From: an uncultured delta proteobacterium
GTDB taxonomy: Bacteria > Desulfobacterota > Syntrophia > Syntrophales > UBA5619
Length of the DNA stretch: 64,000 bases
NCBI GenBank assembly: GCA_963817385.1
Contig: CAWFOM010000004.1
Coordinates: 1-64,000 of the forward strand
Direction: 5' to 3'
The translations under genes were made by a program, and so were the position numbers. The stretch's first letter is position 1. Each line of letters opens with the position of its first letter. The notes below the pieces were generated by a model. That model worked only from the letters and a program-made list of their open reading frames with translations. It was not told the origin of the DNA and did not search any database. Positions 20,615 to 29,980 of this stretch are shown here, in pieces.

Positions 20615-21859
20615 ATGATCCCTGGACTGCCGTTTGGAGCCTTTCGGTGGACGATCCTGACCCTGGCGGTGCTCTCCCAGCTCTATCTCTTCTTCCGCGC
20701 CCGGCGCGCGATCCGCTCCTCCGGGCGCTCCGGGCGCTTCAAGTCCCGGGCCGTTAAAACCGTCGGCGTTTTCCTGATCGTTTTTTTCGCCGCGAACCTG
20801 GTGATTCTCTACCGGCCCATCCCGTGGGTCTATCCGCCCACGGCGGCCCAGGTCGGTCTCTTCTATCCGCCGGCCGTATGGAGCGTGGGGTCGATCTTCT
20901 CCGCGCTCCTCCTTTTACTCGGACAGGGAGCCGGCCGGCTGGCAGAACTGTTCCTCCGCCACGGCCGCAGGGTGGCCGAACGGCCGGGATCCGCGCCGGT
21001 CAGCCATGGCCGCAGGATCTTCCTTCAAGCGGCATCGGGCGGCCTGTTTGCGGTTCCTCTGCTTGTGTGCGGGTACGGCGCCGCCTATGCCGGAAGAAAC
21101 GGCGATGTCCGGGAGACAACGCTGCCCTTCGGATGCCCGCTCCGTGTCGTCCAGCTCACCGACATCCATGCCGGCATTTACATGAATCGCCGGCAGATGC
21201 GGCACTATGTCGAGCAAGCCATCGCACTGAAGCCGGATCTGTTCTTCCTTACCGGGGATTACATTTCGAACTCGATCGCGTTTCTGCCGGGGTGTTTGGA
21301 AGAGATGACCCGCATCCGTGCCCGTTACGGAACCTTTGCCACCCTGGGGAATCACGAACACTGGTACGCGGGGATGGAGGAGCTGCAGGCGATCTTCCAA
21401 AAGCACGGGGTGCCGCTCTTGCAGAACGAGCATCGGGTAATCAGGACTGCGAACGGTCTTGTCGCCGTGGCCGGTATCGACGATCTACGCAACGGGAACG
21501 CCGATCTCGATGCCGCCCTCGGGGGGCTTGATCCTGCAATCCCGACGATCCTCCTGTCGCACCGGCCTGAGATCTTCCCCCGGGCGGCCCTGCGCGGCAT
21601 TTCGCTCACGATGTCGGGTCACTATCACGGGGGGCAGATCAAACTGGGCTGGCCGGGAGCGGGTGTCAGTCTGGCGCACCTCCGGACGCCCTATCCCGAG
21701 GGGCTTTACCGGATCGGGGCCTCACGGCTCTACGTCAGCCGGGGGATCGGAACGACGTTCACCCCGGTGCGCATCAATGCCCCGCCGGAAGTCACCCTTG
21801 TGCATCTGACCGGAAGGTCCGGGGATGAGAAGGGGCCCGAAGCGGAGAAGCCCTCATGA
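20615..21859 (+). CDS. Membrane-anchored metallophosphoesterase (YkuE-like)
   Basis: TDIH, TGDY, GNHE, LLSH, GHYHGGQ, YVSRGIG. Confidence 0.9.
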   Translation: MIPGLPFGAFRWTILTLAVLSQLYLFFRARRAIRSSGRSGRFKSRAVKTVGVFLIVFFAANLVILYRPIPWVYPPTAAQVGLFYPPAVWSVGSIFSALLLLLGQGAGRLAELFLRHGRRVAERPGSAPVSHGRRIFLQAASGGLFAVPLLVCGYGAAYAGRNGDVRETTLPFGCPLRVVQLTDIHAGIYMNRRQMRHYVEQAIALKPDLFFLTGDYISNSIAFLPGCLEEMTRIRARYGTFATLGNHEHWYAGMEELQAIFQKHGVPLLQNEHRVIRTANGLVAVAGIDDLRNGNADLDAALGGLDPAIPTILLSHRPEIFPRAALRGISLTMSGHYHGGQIKLGWPGAGVSLAHLRTPYPEGLYRIGASRLYVSRGIGTTFTPVRINAPPEVTLVHLTGRSGDEKGPEAEKPS

Positions 21860-22251
21860 GATCGGTCGATTCCTGGAAAGAAAGCGTGCAGGCCTTGAAA
21901 AAGGAGACCTTCACCCTTTATTTCGCTTGCCGCCATCCGCGTGTCCCTTGGTATGCGAAAGCCCTTGCCCTGATCATCGTCGGCTACGCCCTCTCCCCGA
22001 TCGATCTGATCCCGGATTTCATCCCCGTTCTGGGATACCTGGATGACTTGGTCCTCATCCCGCTGGGGATCATGCTCGTCATCCGGATGATCCCGGCTGA
22101 CGTCCTTGCGGAGTGTCGTCGGAGATCGGAGGAGATGGTCGGGCGGGTAACGCGGGCAGGAAAGATCGCTGCCGCGGTAATCGTCGCGATCTGGATCATT
22201 ACCGCGGCTCTTCTGATCTGGCTTGTCGTCCGGGCGCTTAATCACCCCTGA
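21856..22251 (+). CDS. DUF1232 (YkvA-like) membrane protein
   Basis: YALSPIDLIPDFIPVLGYLDD. Confidence 0.92.
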   Translation: MRSVDSWKESVQALKKETFTLYFACRHPRVPWYAKALALIIVGYALSPIDLIPDFIPVLGYLDDLVLIPLGIMLVIRMIPADVLAECRRRSEEMVGRVTRAGKIAAAVIVAIWIITAALLIWLVVRALNHP

Positions 22252-22358
22252 CCGCTCGTGTCCGGAAGGCGGGGAAGAATATCGAGCGGAGTCGGCTTTG
22301 ACTCTTCAGGCGCGGGTGGGATCGGGGGAAGGGCAACCGGTCAGGCAATGGTGATGGC

Positions 22359-22988
22359 ATGTGCGGACGATTTATTCTCTTGACCGACCTGTCGGCGATC
22401 GTGGAGCATTTTGACGTGGGTCAGACGGCCCTTACCTCACTCCCCGTGGGGGATCTCAAGCCGGGACAGGCCATCCCGGCGGTGATCCGCGAGGGACAAA
22501 ACCGCCTCGTCTCCTTCCGCTGGGGCCTCATCCCCTCCTGGGCGAAGGACCCGGCCATAGGCCGGAAGATGATCAACGCCCGGGCTGAGACACTGGCTGA
22601 GAAGCCGAGCTTCCGGGAGGCGTTCCAGAGACGCCGTTGCCTGATCCCGGCCGATGGCTTTTATGACTGGACAGGAGAGAAGGGGCATCGCACGGCAGTC
22701 CGTTTTCGTCTCCGCTCGGGGGAGCTCTTCGGTTTCGCCGGCCTTTACGAGACATGGCGATCGGAGGCGGGGGAGCCTCTCAGCACTTGCACGATCATCA
22801 CGACCGAATCCAATGCCCTGGTTGCCTCCGTCCACGACCGGATGCCCGTCATCCTCTCGGGTGAGGCGATGGCCCTCTGGCTCGACCCTTTAGTCCGCAA
22901 CCCCGCCCGGCTCCTGCCGCTTCTCGCACCCTATCCGGCCGAGGAAATGATCCTTGAGGCGGTGGCGCCGCAAACCTGCTTGGTCTGA
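22359..22988 (+). CDS. SOS response-associated peptidase (SRAP, YedK/HMCES family)
   Basis: N-terminal MCGRF, WGLIP, INARAET, RRCLIPADGFY, HDRMP. Confidence 0.92.
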   Translation: MCGRFILLTDLSAIVEHFDVGQTALTSLPVGDLKPGQAIPAVIREGQNRLVSFRWGLIPSWAKDPAIGRKMINARAETLAEKPSFREAFQRRRCLIPADGFYDWTGEKGHRTAVRFRLRSGELFGFAGLYETWRSEAGEPLSTCTIITTESNALVASVHDRMPVILSGEAMALWLDPLVRNPARLLPLLAPYPAEEMILEAVAPQTCLV

Positions 22989-23219
22989 AACCGGGATTTT
23001 TTTCTCACCGATGTTTCCGAACTTCAGATGGCTGCCGATATTCTGATTGAAAAAAAGTGATGAATCTGGTTGCACCGGAAATAATCTCTGGTAAAATCAG
23101 ATTCATGGAATCACTTCGTGCGTTGATGGGTTTTGTCGTTGAGTATCTAATCGGAAGATTAAGATGATACCCGTGACAGTGCAATCGATCAGAAAACGTG
23201 TTTTTTCAAGGAGGTGACG

Positions 23220-23633
23220 ATGAGATCATTCAGATATGCATGGACGGTGCTGGCGATTCTTTTTCTGTTCACCATGAGCGCGGCGGCCGCTGAAAAAAAA
23301 GAATTCATGGCCAAGGCGGATCCGGACGGTGTCCAGCGGGTGGAGATTCTCGCGGGGTCCTATTTCTTCAATCCCAATTACATCATCGTAAAGGTGAACG
23401 TGCCGGTGGAATTGAAGATCAGGAAGGAATCCGGTATGATCCCCCACGACATCGTGCTGAAGGCCCCCGAGGCGGGGATCGACTTCCGGCAGGAGTTGAA
23501 GGAGACGCCCGAAATCATTAAATTCACCCCCACGAAAACCGGAACATACTCCTTTACCTGCGATAAGAAGCTCCTCTTTTTCGAAAGCCACCAGGACAAG
23601 GGGATGACCGGAACGCTGGACGTGCGGGATTGA
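23220..23633 (+). CDS. Exported cupredoxin-domain protein
   Basis: Signal peptide; type-1 Cu-like ligands PHDIV...FTCDK...SHQDKGM. Confidence 0.82.
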   Translation: MRSFRYAWTVLAILFLFTMSAAAAEKKEFMAKADPDGVQRVEILAGSYFFNPNYIIVKVNVPVELKIRKESGMIPHDIVLKAPEAGIDFRQELKETPEIIKFTPTKTGTYSFTCDKKLLFFESHQDKGMTGTLDVRD

Positions 23634-24064
23634 TGATCGCCAGGGAATGGATAGACCTCCTCAGGATCATGCACGGCGCCTACAACACCCTGGTCGCCCT
23701 TGCCTTCCTGTATCAGGGATGGCTCGGGCTGAAGATCAGGAAAGCGGGAAGGAGCGGGGGCGCCAAGGACTTCGGCATCATCAAGCGGCACCGGGGTAAC
23801 GGCCCCGTCCTGGCGCTTTTGGGCATCCTGGGGTATGTGGCGGGCGCGACGCTGATCTATATCGATAAAGGGCATTTTTTTGAGTATCGCGTCCATCACC
23901 TCATGGGATTGTCGATCGTCATCCTCCTGGTGACCACGTTCCTCGTCTCCCGAAAGATCAAAGGCCCCGTTTCTTCCTGGCGAACCCCTCATTTCCTGCT
24001 GGGCCTGGCCAGCCTGAGCGCGTACTTGGTGCAGCTATTTCTGGGCCTCAACAACCTGCTGTGA
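23633..24064 (+). CDS. 4-TM membrane protein with a His in each helix (DUF4079/cytochrome b561-like)
   Basis: MHGAYN, RHRGNG, VHHLMG, PHFLLG; start overlaps the cupredoxin stop. Confidence 0.7.
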   Translation: MIAREWIDLLRIMHGAYNTLVALAFLYQGWLGLKIRKAGRSGGAKDFGIIKRHRGNGPVLALLGILGYVAGATLIYIDKGHFFEYRVHHLMGLSIVILLVTTFLVSRKIKGPVSSWRTPHFLLGLASLSAYLVQLFLGLNNLL

Positions 24065-24133
24065 GTGCGGATGCAGGTTGTTGCCGGGCAGGTTTATCCG
24101 TCCCTAAATTTCTGGAATGGTGGAGGTGACCGG

Positions 24134-24916
24134 ATGTTTCGGAACAGTCTCATCCCCTTGATTTTGATTCCCGGGGTGTTTCTCGCCGCCGCTCAGGCCT
24201 TTTCCGGCGGAGGCATTCCCACGAAGATTCTGGTCCGTGTTGTTTCCAAGGATGCCAAGGTGATCGGCTCGGGCGTGGGCGGAGCCTCGGTTCGGATCGT
24301 GAATGCCGAGACCGGGGAAACTCTCGCCCAGGGCAGGCAGGAGGGCGGCACGGGGGATACCGACCGGATCATGCTCCAGCCCCGTAAGCGGGGTACAACC
24401 GTCTACGGAACACCGGGCGCGGCCTTTTTCCTGGCGGAAATCCCGCTGGAGCGGCCGACAAGGGTCGAAATCCGCACGGAAGCCCCCCTTGCCTTTCCCC
24501 AGGCGCTGCAACGCGGCGCCAAGACCCTTACCCTGATCCCCGGCAAGGATATCGCAGGGGAGGGGGTCATCATCGAACTGGACGGGTTGATCGTCAATAT
24601 CGTGCACCCCGCCGCCGACGGCGCGCTCAAAAAAGGCGAGGAGGTCCGGGTCGAGGCGGAAATCAAGATGCTCTGAGGGTGTCCCTTTACTCCCGGAGGT
24701 CTCTGGGATTCGGACAAGCTCGCCGTGTGGGGACAATGGGTCCAGGGGGATCGGGTTTCAGGAAAATTTCCCCTGAAATACGCCGGAGTGCCGAGCCGAT
24801 TCGAAGGCCGGACCGTTGCTCCCTCCGGACCGATCAAAACCGGGCTACAGGTCATCGCGGTCGACCCGGCGGGGAATACCGGGCTGCATACCCTCGATCT
24901 CGCCGTCGGCCCGTGA
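24134..24916 (+). CDS. Putative exported selenoprotein, 260 aa, motif M-L-U-G-C-P (Sec181)
   Basis: ORFs 24065..24676 and 24725..24916 share a frame and are separated only by TGA 24674-24676. Readthrough gives MLUGCPFTPGGLWD; SECIS-like hairpin follows; signal peptide and RBS GGAGGT present. Confidence 0.8.
24680..24716 (+). promoter_or_regulatory. Bacterial SECIS-like element
   Basis: Lower stem TGTCC/GGACA, internal loop, upper stem TCCCGGA/TCTGGGA, apical loop GGTC 21 nt after the UGA. Confidence 0.7.
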
Positions 24917-25095
24917 AGCAGGCCGACGGTGACGGAGCGCATCTCGTGGGGGGTACTGCCGCCGAGTCTATCATTTCGTGGTTGGGGTTTACCCGCACCA
25001 CGGATACCTTATCCCCGAAGGACCGGATGGGCGGGAACGTATTTCGCCGGGAAGTGGGTTCTCCTGGAGCGGCGATTTTCAGAAAGGATGGGTGA

Positions 25096-25788
25096 ATGAT
25101 GTCACTCAGATTGATGGTGGTTTTGGGAGTTATACTGCTCACTGCTCAGGCGGGCGCCGCGGAGACGATGGTTCTCAAGACATATAAGGAGAAGGTGAGC
25201 TACGGACTCGGGGTTGACGTTGCGAGAAACTTCCTGCGGTCGGGGATCGAGTTTGACGCGGACCTCCTGGTGAAGGGGATCCGGGACGAGGTCGCGAGAG
25301 GGAAGCTCCTCATGACCGAAGATGAACTCCGGGAAACCCTGAGCACATTTCATGACGAGCAGGCGCGGAAGCTCGAGCAGGCCATGAACCGGGCGGCCGA
25401 AGAGAACAGGAAGATGGGCGAGGAGTTCCTGGCGGAAAATAAAACGCAGGAAGGCGTCGTGACCCTGCCGAGCGGGCTTCAGTACAAGATCCTCAAGGCG
25501 GGTAACGGCAGGAAACCGACGGACGCAGACACGGTCGAGTGCCGGTTCCGGGTTACCCTCGTCAACGGGGTAGAGATTGCCAGCTCCTATCGGACCGGGA
25601 AGCCTGCCACTATGAGGGTCGCGGGACTCATCGCCGGCTTGACCGAGGCGCTGAAGCTCATGCCCGTGGGCTCGAAGTGGGAGCTCTTCATCCCGCCCGA
25701 GCTCGCTTACGGAGAGAAGGGAACGAGCAGCGGCATCGGGCCGAATTCGGCGGTCATCTTCGAGGTGGAGCTCCTCGCCATCCGGTGA
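25096..25788 (+). CDS. FKBP-type peptidyl-prolyl isomerase (Mip/FkpA-like)
   Basis: KVSYGLG, GVVTLPSGLQYKIL, IPPELAYG, FEVELL. Confidence 0.92.
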   Translation: MMSLRLMVVLGVILLTAQAGAAETMVLKTYKEKVSYGLGVDVARNFLRSGIEFDADLLVKGIRDEVARGKLLMTEDELRETLSTFHDEQARKLEQAMNRAAEENRKMGEEFLAENKTQEGVVTLPSGLQYKILKAGNGRKPTDADTVECRFRVTLVNGVEIASSYRTGKPATMRVAGLIAGLTEALKLMPVGSKWELFIPPELAYGEKGTSSGIGPNSAVIFEVELLAIR

Positions 25789-26017
25789 TCCCGTGCTGAT
25801 CCTCCCGCTATTCTCCCCTTCTCCTTTCGCTGCCCGCCTTCCTGTTGCGGCCCCATCCCGCGAGCGAGAGATGCCGATATGTCCACGGGGATGATGCCGT
25901 CCGCCTGACTTCTTCGATCTGCCGGCGCGTGATAACGCCATTAATTCCTAAACTCCTTTCTTTTTAACGCCATCTGGTTTATATACAACACTCAATTTAT
26001 CAAGGAGATCACCGTAT

Positions 26018-27052
26018 ATGTCACGAGCCGACCGGTTTCTGAAAGCATGCAAAAAAGAGAGCGTTGACTGCACGCCCGTATGGATCATGAGGCAGGCAGG
26101 CAGGTATCTCGATGAATACCGTGCGGTGCGGGCCAAGCACAGCTTTATCGAAGTATGCAAGACACCGGAACTCGCGGCGGAATTAACCATGCAGCCGGTT
26201 CGTCGTTTTGAACTCGATGCCGCAATCATTTTTGCCGATATTCTGCTGCCCCTGGAAAAAATGGGGATCGATTTCGAATTCACCAAGGATGAGGGCCCCC
26301 GGATAAACAACACCGTACGAACACGAAAAGATGTGGAAAAGATGCGGGCCATCAACCCCATGGAGGAGATGGCGTATCTGATGGACGCCATCCGGATGGT
26401 GAAGCGCGAGTTGAACGGCACGGTACCCCTGATCGGTTTCTCCGGCGCGCCGTTCACCCTGGCAAGCTACCTCACCGAGGGGGGCGGCTCAAGGAACTAT
26501 GTATTCACCAAATCCATGATGTATCAGGAACCCGATACCTGGCATCTGCTGATGGATAAGCTTACCGACATGGTGGCCGTTTACCTCAATGACCAGATCA
26601 AGGCAGGCGTCCAGGCCGTCCAGGTGTTCGACAGCTGGGTCGGATGCCTCTCATCGGCCGATTACCGGGAGTTCGTGCTGCGCCACCAGAGGCGGCTGAT
26701 GGCATCCCTGGACAAGTCGGTGCCGCATATCCATTTTGCCTTCGGCGCGTCGCATCTGCTGCCGCTGATCAGAGAGGCGGGAGGCGATGTGCTCGGACTG
26801 GACTGGCGAATGGACATCGACGCGGCGTGGAAGGTGCTGAACCATGAGCCGTGCATCCAGGGAAACCTCGACCCGGTTGCCCTGTACGGCTCGCGGGAAT
26901 ACATCAAACGGCGGGTAGCGGAGATCCTGGCGAGGGTGGGGAACCGCAGCGGCCACATCTTCAACCTCGGCCACGGCATCCTGCCGACCGTGCCTCCCGA
27001 TAACGCGAAATACATGATCGATCTCGTCCACGAGTTGAGTGAAAGGAAATGA
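26018..27052 (+). CDS. hemE: Uroporphyrinogen decarboxylase
   Basis: PVWIMRQAGRYL, DAAIIFADIL, GAPFTLASY, HIFNLGHG. Confidence 0.97.
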   Translation: MSRADRFLKACKKESVDCTPVWIMRQAGRYLDEYRAVRAKHSFIEVCKTPELAAELTMQPVRRFELDAAIIFADILLPLEKMGIDFEFTKDEGPRINNTVRTRKDVEKMRAINPMEEMAYLMDAIRMVKRELNGTVPLIGFSGAPFTLASYLTEGGGSRNYVFTKSMMYQEPDTWHLLMDKLTDMVAVYLNDQIKAGVQAVQVFDSWVGCLSSADYREFVLRHQRRLMASLDKSVPHIHFAFGASHLLPLIREAGGDVLGLDWRMDIDAAWKVLNHEPCIQGNLDPVALYGSREYIKRRVAEILARVGNRSGHIFNLGHGILPTVPPDNAKYMIDLVHELSERK

Positions 27053-27933
27053 AGACCGCCGTAATCCTTGTGACTCTCGGCGGCCCGAGCAGCCTGGAGG
27101 AAATCCCGGAGTTCATAAACCGATTCATCGGCAGGGAACTTCCCCCGCCGGCCATGAACGCCGTCATCGGGCGATACCGGCAAATCGGCGGTTTTTCTCC
27201 GCTGGCCCGCATCACCGATCAGCAGGCAAAGGCGTTGAATGAATCGCTCGGCAGTCAGTACCTCTGCGTTCCCGCGTTTCGGTATTCGCGGCCGTTCATT
27301 GAGGATGTCCTGGATAGCACAGCGGCGGCGGGACCGGCGCGGATCCTCGTTCTCCTGCTCTCCCCCTTTTACACGAGCGTCACCACGGGGAATTATATCG
27401 ACGTCGCCAAGAGCCATATCGAGAAGAAACCTCCTCCCATGCCGGTGGCATTTATCCACAGCTGGTATCAGGAGCCGCTTTTCATCGAAAGCTGGGTGGA
27501 GGCGATCCGCGGCGATGCGTTCGATGAACGGGCGTTTTACCTCTTTTCGGCTCACAGCCTGCCGATGAAGTACTCCGGCGAGCCGTACCGGCAACAGATC
27601 GAGGAAACCGTTGCGCTGGTCTCCTCACGGGCCGGTATCAGAAACCATGCACTCGGATGGCAGAGCATCCCGGGTAACGCGAAGGAACCCTGGATAACCC
27701 CTACCGTCGAGGAACGAATCGACGCCATCGCCGCGGCGGGTTTCAACCGTCTCATCCAGGTCCCGATCGGGTTCACCGCCGACCACATCGAGACGCTCTA
27801 CGATATCGATATCACCCACCGGCAGTACGCATTAGAAAAGGGCCTCTCGTTCCGGCGCATAGCGTCCCTCAATACCGGTGCGCCCTTCATCAAGGCCCTG
27901 AAGGAGATCGTAACCAAGGTTGACTTGAGATGA
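27049..27933 (+). CDS. hemH: Ferrochelatase
   Basis: LGGP, YRQIGGFSPL, FSAHSLP, PIGFTADHIETLYDID. Confidence 0.95.
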   Translation: MKTAVILVTLGGPSSLEEIPEFINRFIGRELPPPAMNAVIGRYRQIGGFSPLARITDQQAKALNESLGSQYLCVPAFRYSRPFIEDVLDSTAAAGPARILVLLLSPFYTSVTTGNYIDVAKSHIEKKPPPMPVAFIHSWYQEPLFIESWVEAIRGDAFDERAFYLFSAHSLPMKYSGEPYRQQIEETVALVSSRAGIRNHALGWQSIPGNAKEPWITPTVEERIDAIAAAGFNRLIQVPIGFTADHIETLYDIDITHRQYALEKGLSFRRIASLNTGAPFIKALKEIVTKVDLR

Positions 27934-29333
27934 ACGATAGCAGCTCAGGAATGAAAAAAACAGCCATCATCGGCGGGGGCATCTCCGCCCTTGCCTGCGC
28001 CGTCGATCTGAAAGAAATGGGATCGGATTTTGTCCTCTTCGAAAAGGAAAACGCCGTCGGGGGTAAGCTCTGCACGGAAAAAATCGGCGGGTTCACCGTT
28101 GAAGGCGGACCCGACAGCTATCTTCCGGAGAAATACTGGTCGGTTCAACTGATAAAAAAAGTGGGGCTTGCCGGCGAGATGCTCTGTTCGAACGACGAGC
28201 ACAAGGGCACCTTCATCTTCTCCGGGGGGCGCCTCCACCCGCTTCCGGAGGGGGTCATGCTCATGGTGCCCATCATGATCATGCCGCTCGCCAGGTCCGG
28301 CCTCATCTCCTGGCCGGGCAAGCTGCGGATGGGCATGGAACTCTTCGTCCCTCCCCGGGGCGATCTGAAAGACGAAAGCCTCGCCGAATTCGTCACGCGC
28401 CGGCTGGGCCGGGAGTGTCTGGAAAAGATCGCGGAGCCGCTGGTGGCTGGCATTCACACCTCCAATCCGGACAATATGAGCGTGCTGGCCACCTTCCCCC
28501 GTTTCGTCGAGATGGAGCGCAAATCCGGGAGCCTGATCAAAAGCATGGTCGCGGCGATGAAAAACCGGCCGGCCCCAAACCCGACGGGCCCCCCGATGAC
28601 CTATTTCATGTCGCTCAAAGCGGGCATGCAGGAGCTGGCGCAGGGGTGCGTGTCGTACATAGGCGCCGAACGGATCAGGACCGGAACGGCCGTGGTCTCC
28701 GTGGCGGAGCGGGAAGGCGGCTATCGCCTGACATTCGGCGACGGAACGACTGCCGACTTCGATGCGGTTGTCCTCGCCACGCCGTCTTATGTGACCAAGG
28801 AGCTCATCGGTGATATGGATCGAGAGCTTGGCGACCGGTTATCCGCCATCGCCTGGTCCTCATCGGCAACCGTTTCCATCGCCTTCCGGAAAGCCGACCT
28901 TCAAAAACCCCTGCCCGGCTTCGGATTCATCATCCCCCGCATCGAGAACCGCAGGATAAACGCCTGCACCTGGAGTTCGGTAAAATGGTCCCACCGGGCG
29001 CCGGATGACACCCTGCTCATCAGGAGTTTTGTCGGCGGCGGCCATCACGAGGAGCTCGTCTCCCTGAACGACGCGGAGCTGGTAACCACCGTCCGTGAAG
29101 AGCTGCGCGAGATCATCGGCCTCACGGCGGAACCGGTATTTTCCAGGGCATACCGCTGGTTTCAGGGGATGCCGAAATATACCGTCGGCCATCTGGAGCG
29201 CATCGCGGCCATCGACGAAAAACGAAAAGAGCACCCAGGCCTTTTTCTCATCGGCAGCAGCTATCGCGGCATCGGCATCGGCGACTGCGTGAAAAGCGGT
29301 TTTGACGCCGCCGCCGCCATCTCGGCACTTTGA
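27930..29333 (+). CDS. hemY: HemY-type proto/coproporphyrinogen oxidase
   Basis: IIGGGISAL, EGGPDS, DESLAEFVTRRLG, MPKYTVGH, GIGIGDC. Confidence 0.93.
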   Translation: MNDSSSGMKKTAIIGGGISALACAVDLKEMGSDFVLFEKENAVGGKLCTEKIGGFTVEGGPDSYLPEKYWSVQLIKKVGLAGEMLCSNDEHKGTFIFSGGRLHPLPEGVMLMVPIMIMPLARSGLISWPGKLRMGMELFVPPRGDLKDESLAEFVTRRLGRECLEKIAEPLVAGIHTSNPDNMSVLATFPRFVEMERKSGSLIKSMVAAMKNRPAPNPTGPPMTYFMSLKAGMQELAQGCVSYIGAERIRTGTAVVSVAEREGGYRLTFGDGTTADFDAVVLATPSYVTKELIGDMDRELGDRLSAIAWSSSATVSIAFRKADLQKPLPGFGFIIPRIENRRINACTWSSVKWSHRAPDDTLLIRSFVGGGHHEELVSLNDAELVTTVREELREIIGLTAEPVFSRAYRWFQGMPKYTVGHLERIAAIDEKRKEHPGLFLIGSSYRGIGIGDCVKSGFDAAAAISAL

Positions 29334-29512
29334 TCCCATGCAATAAAATCACCTTGACATGCCTGACCTTTTTTCATACCCTTTGTCCGTATCAAGAGAA
29401 TTCGTATCCGTTTGCAAATATGATCGTGATCGTTCACTCTTTTTAACCTGTATACCATAGGGGGAGACGAACCTACTCAAGTCGATAACGGCGAAAAATT
29501 ATACGAGGTGCC

Positions 29513-29956
29513 GTGCCAATGTCGGAGATAAGCGTCTCGCTGCTTCGTTGTGTTGTCGCAAATTCAGGGCTGTTGAAGATCGATCGCATCGGTTCGGGCG
29601 TCGGGATTATCATCTATGACAATGCGCGCCGTATAGGGACGGGGCTTCATATTCTCGCCGCCAATTCGGGCAGCCTCAAACCCACGAATAGCTTCATGTT
29701 TGCCAACACGGCAATTCCTCAGGCCCTGACCGAGATCGGCCAAAAAGGAGGAACCCCCCCCTTTTCAGTGGCTATTGCGGGTGGCGCCAGCATGATGGGG
29801 GGCCAAACGGAATCGAATTCCCCAAAGGACATCGTCGATGCCACCAAGGAGGCCTTGAAGCACGCCAGCCTTCGGGTCACACTGGAACAGACGGGCGGTA
29901 ACAAGATGCGGTGCATGATCTTGGATATCGATGCCGGAAAAATCAAGATCACCTGA
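29513..29956 (+). CDS. CheD-like protein with catalytic Cys replaced (GSGV)
   Basis: IGSGVGIIIYD, LHIL, FANTAI, IAGGASM, EQTGG match the CheD layout. Confidence 0.75.
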   Translation: MPMSEISVSLLRCVVANSGLLKIDRIGSGVGIIIYDNARRIGTGLHILAANSGSLKPTNSFMFANTAIPQALTEIGQKGGTPPFSVAIAGGASMMGGQTESNSPKDIVDATKEALKHASLRVTLEQTGGNKMRCMILDIDAGKIKIT

Positions 29957-29980
29957 GATCTCTTGAGAAGGGAGTCAGCC

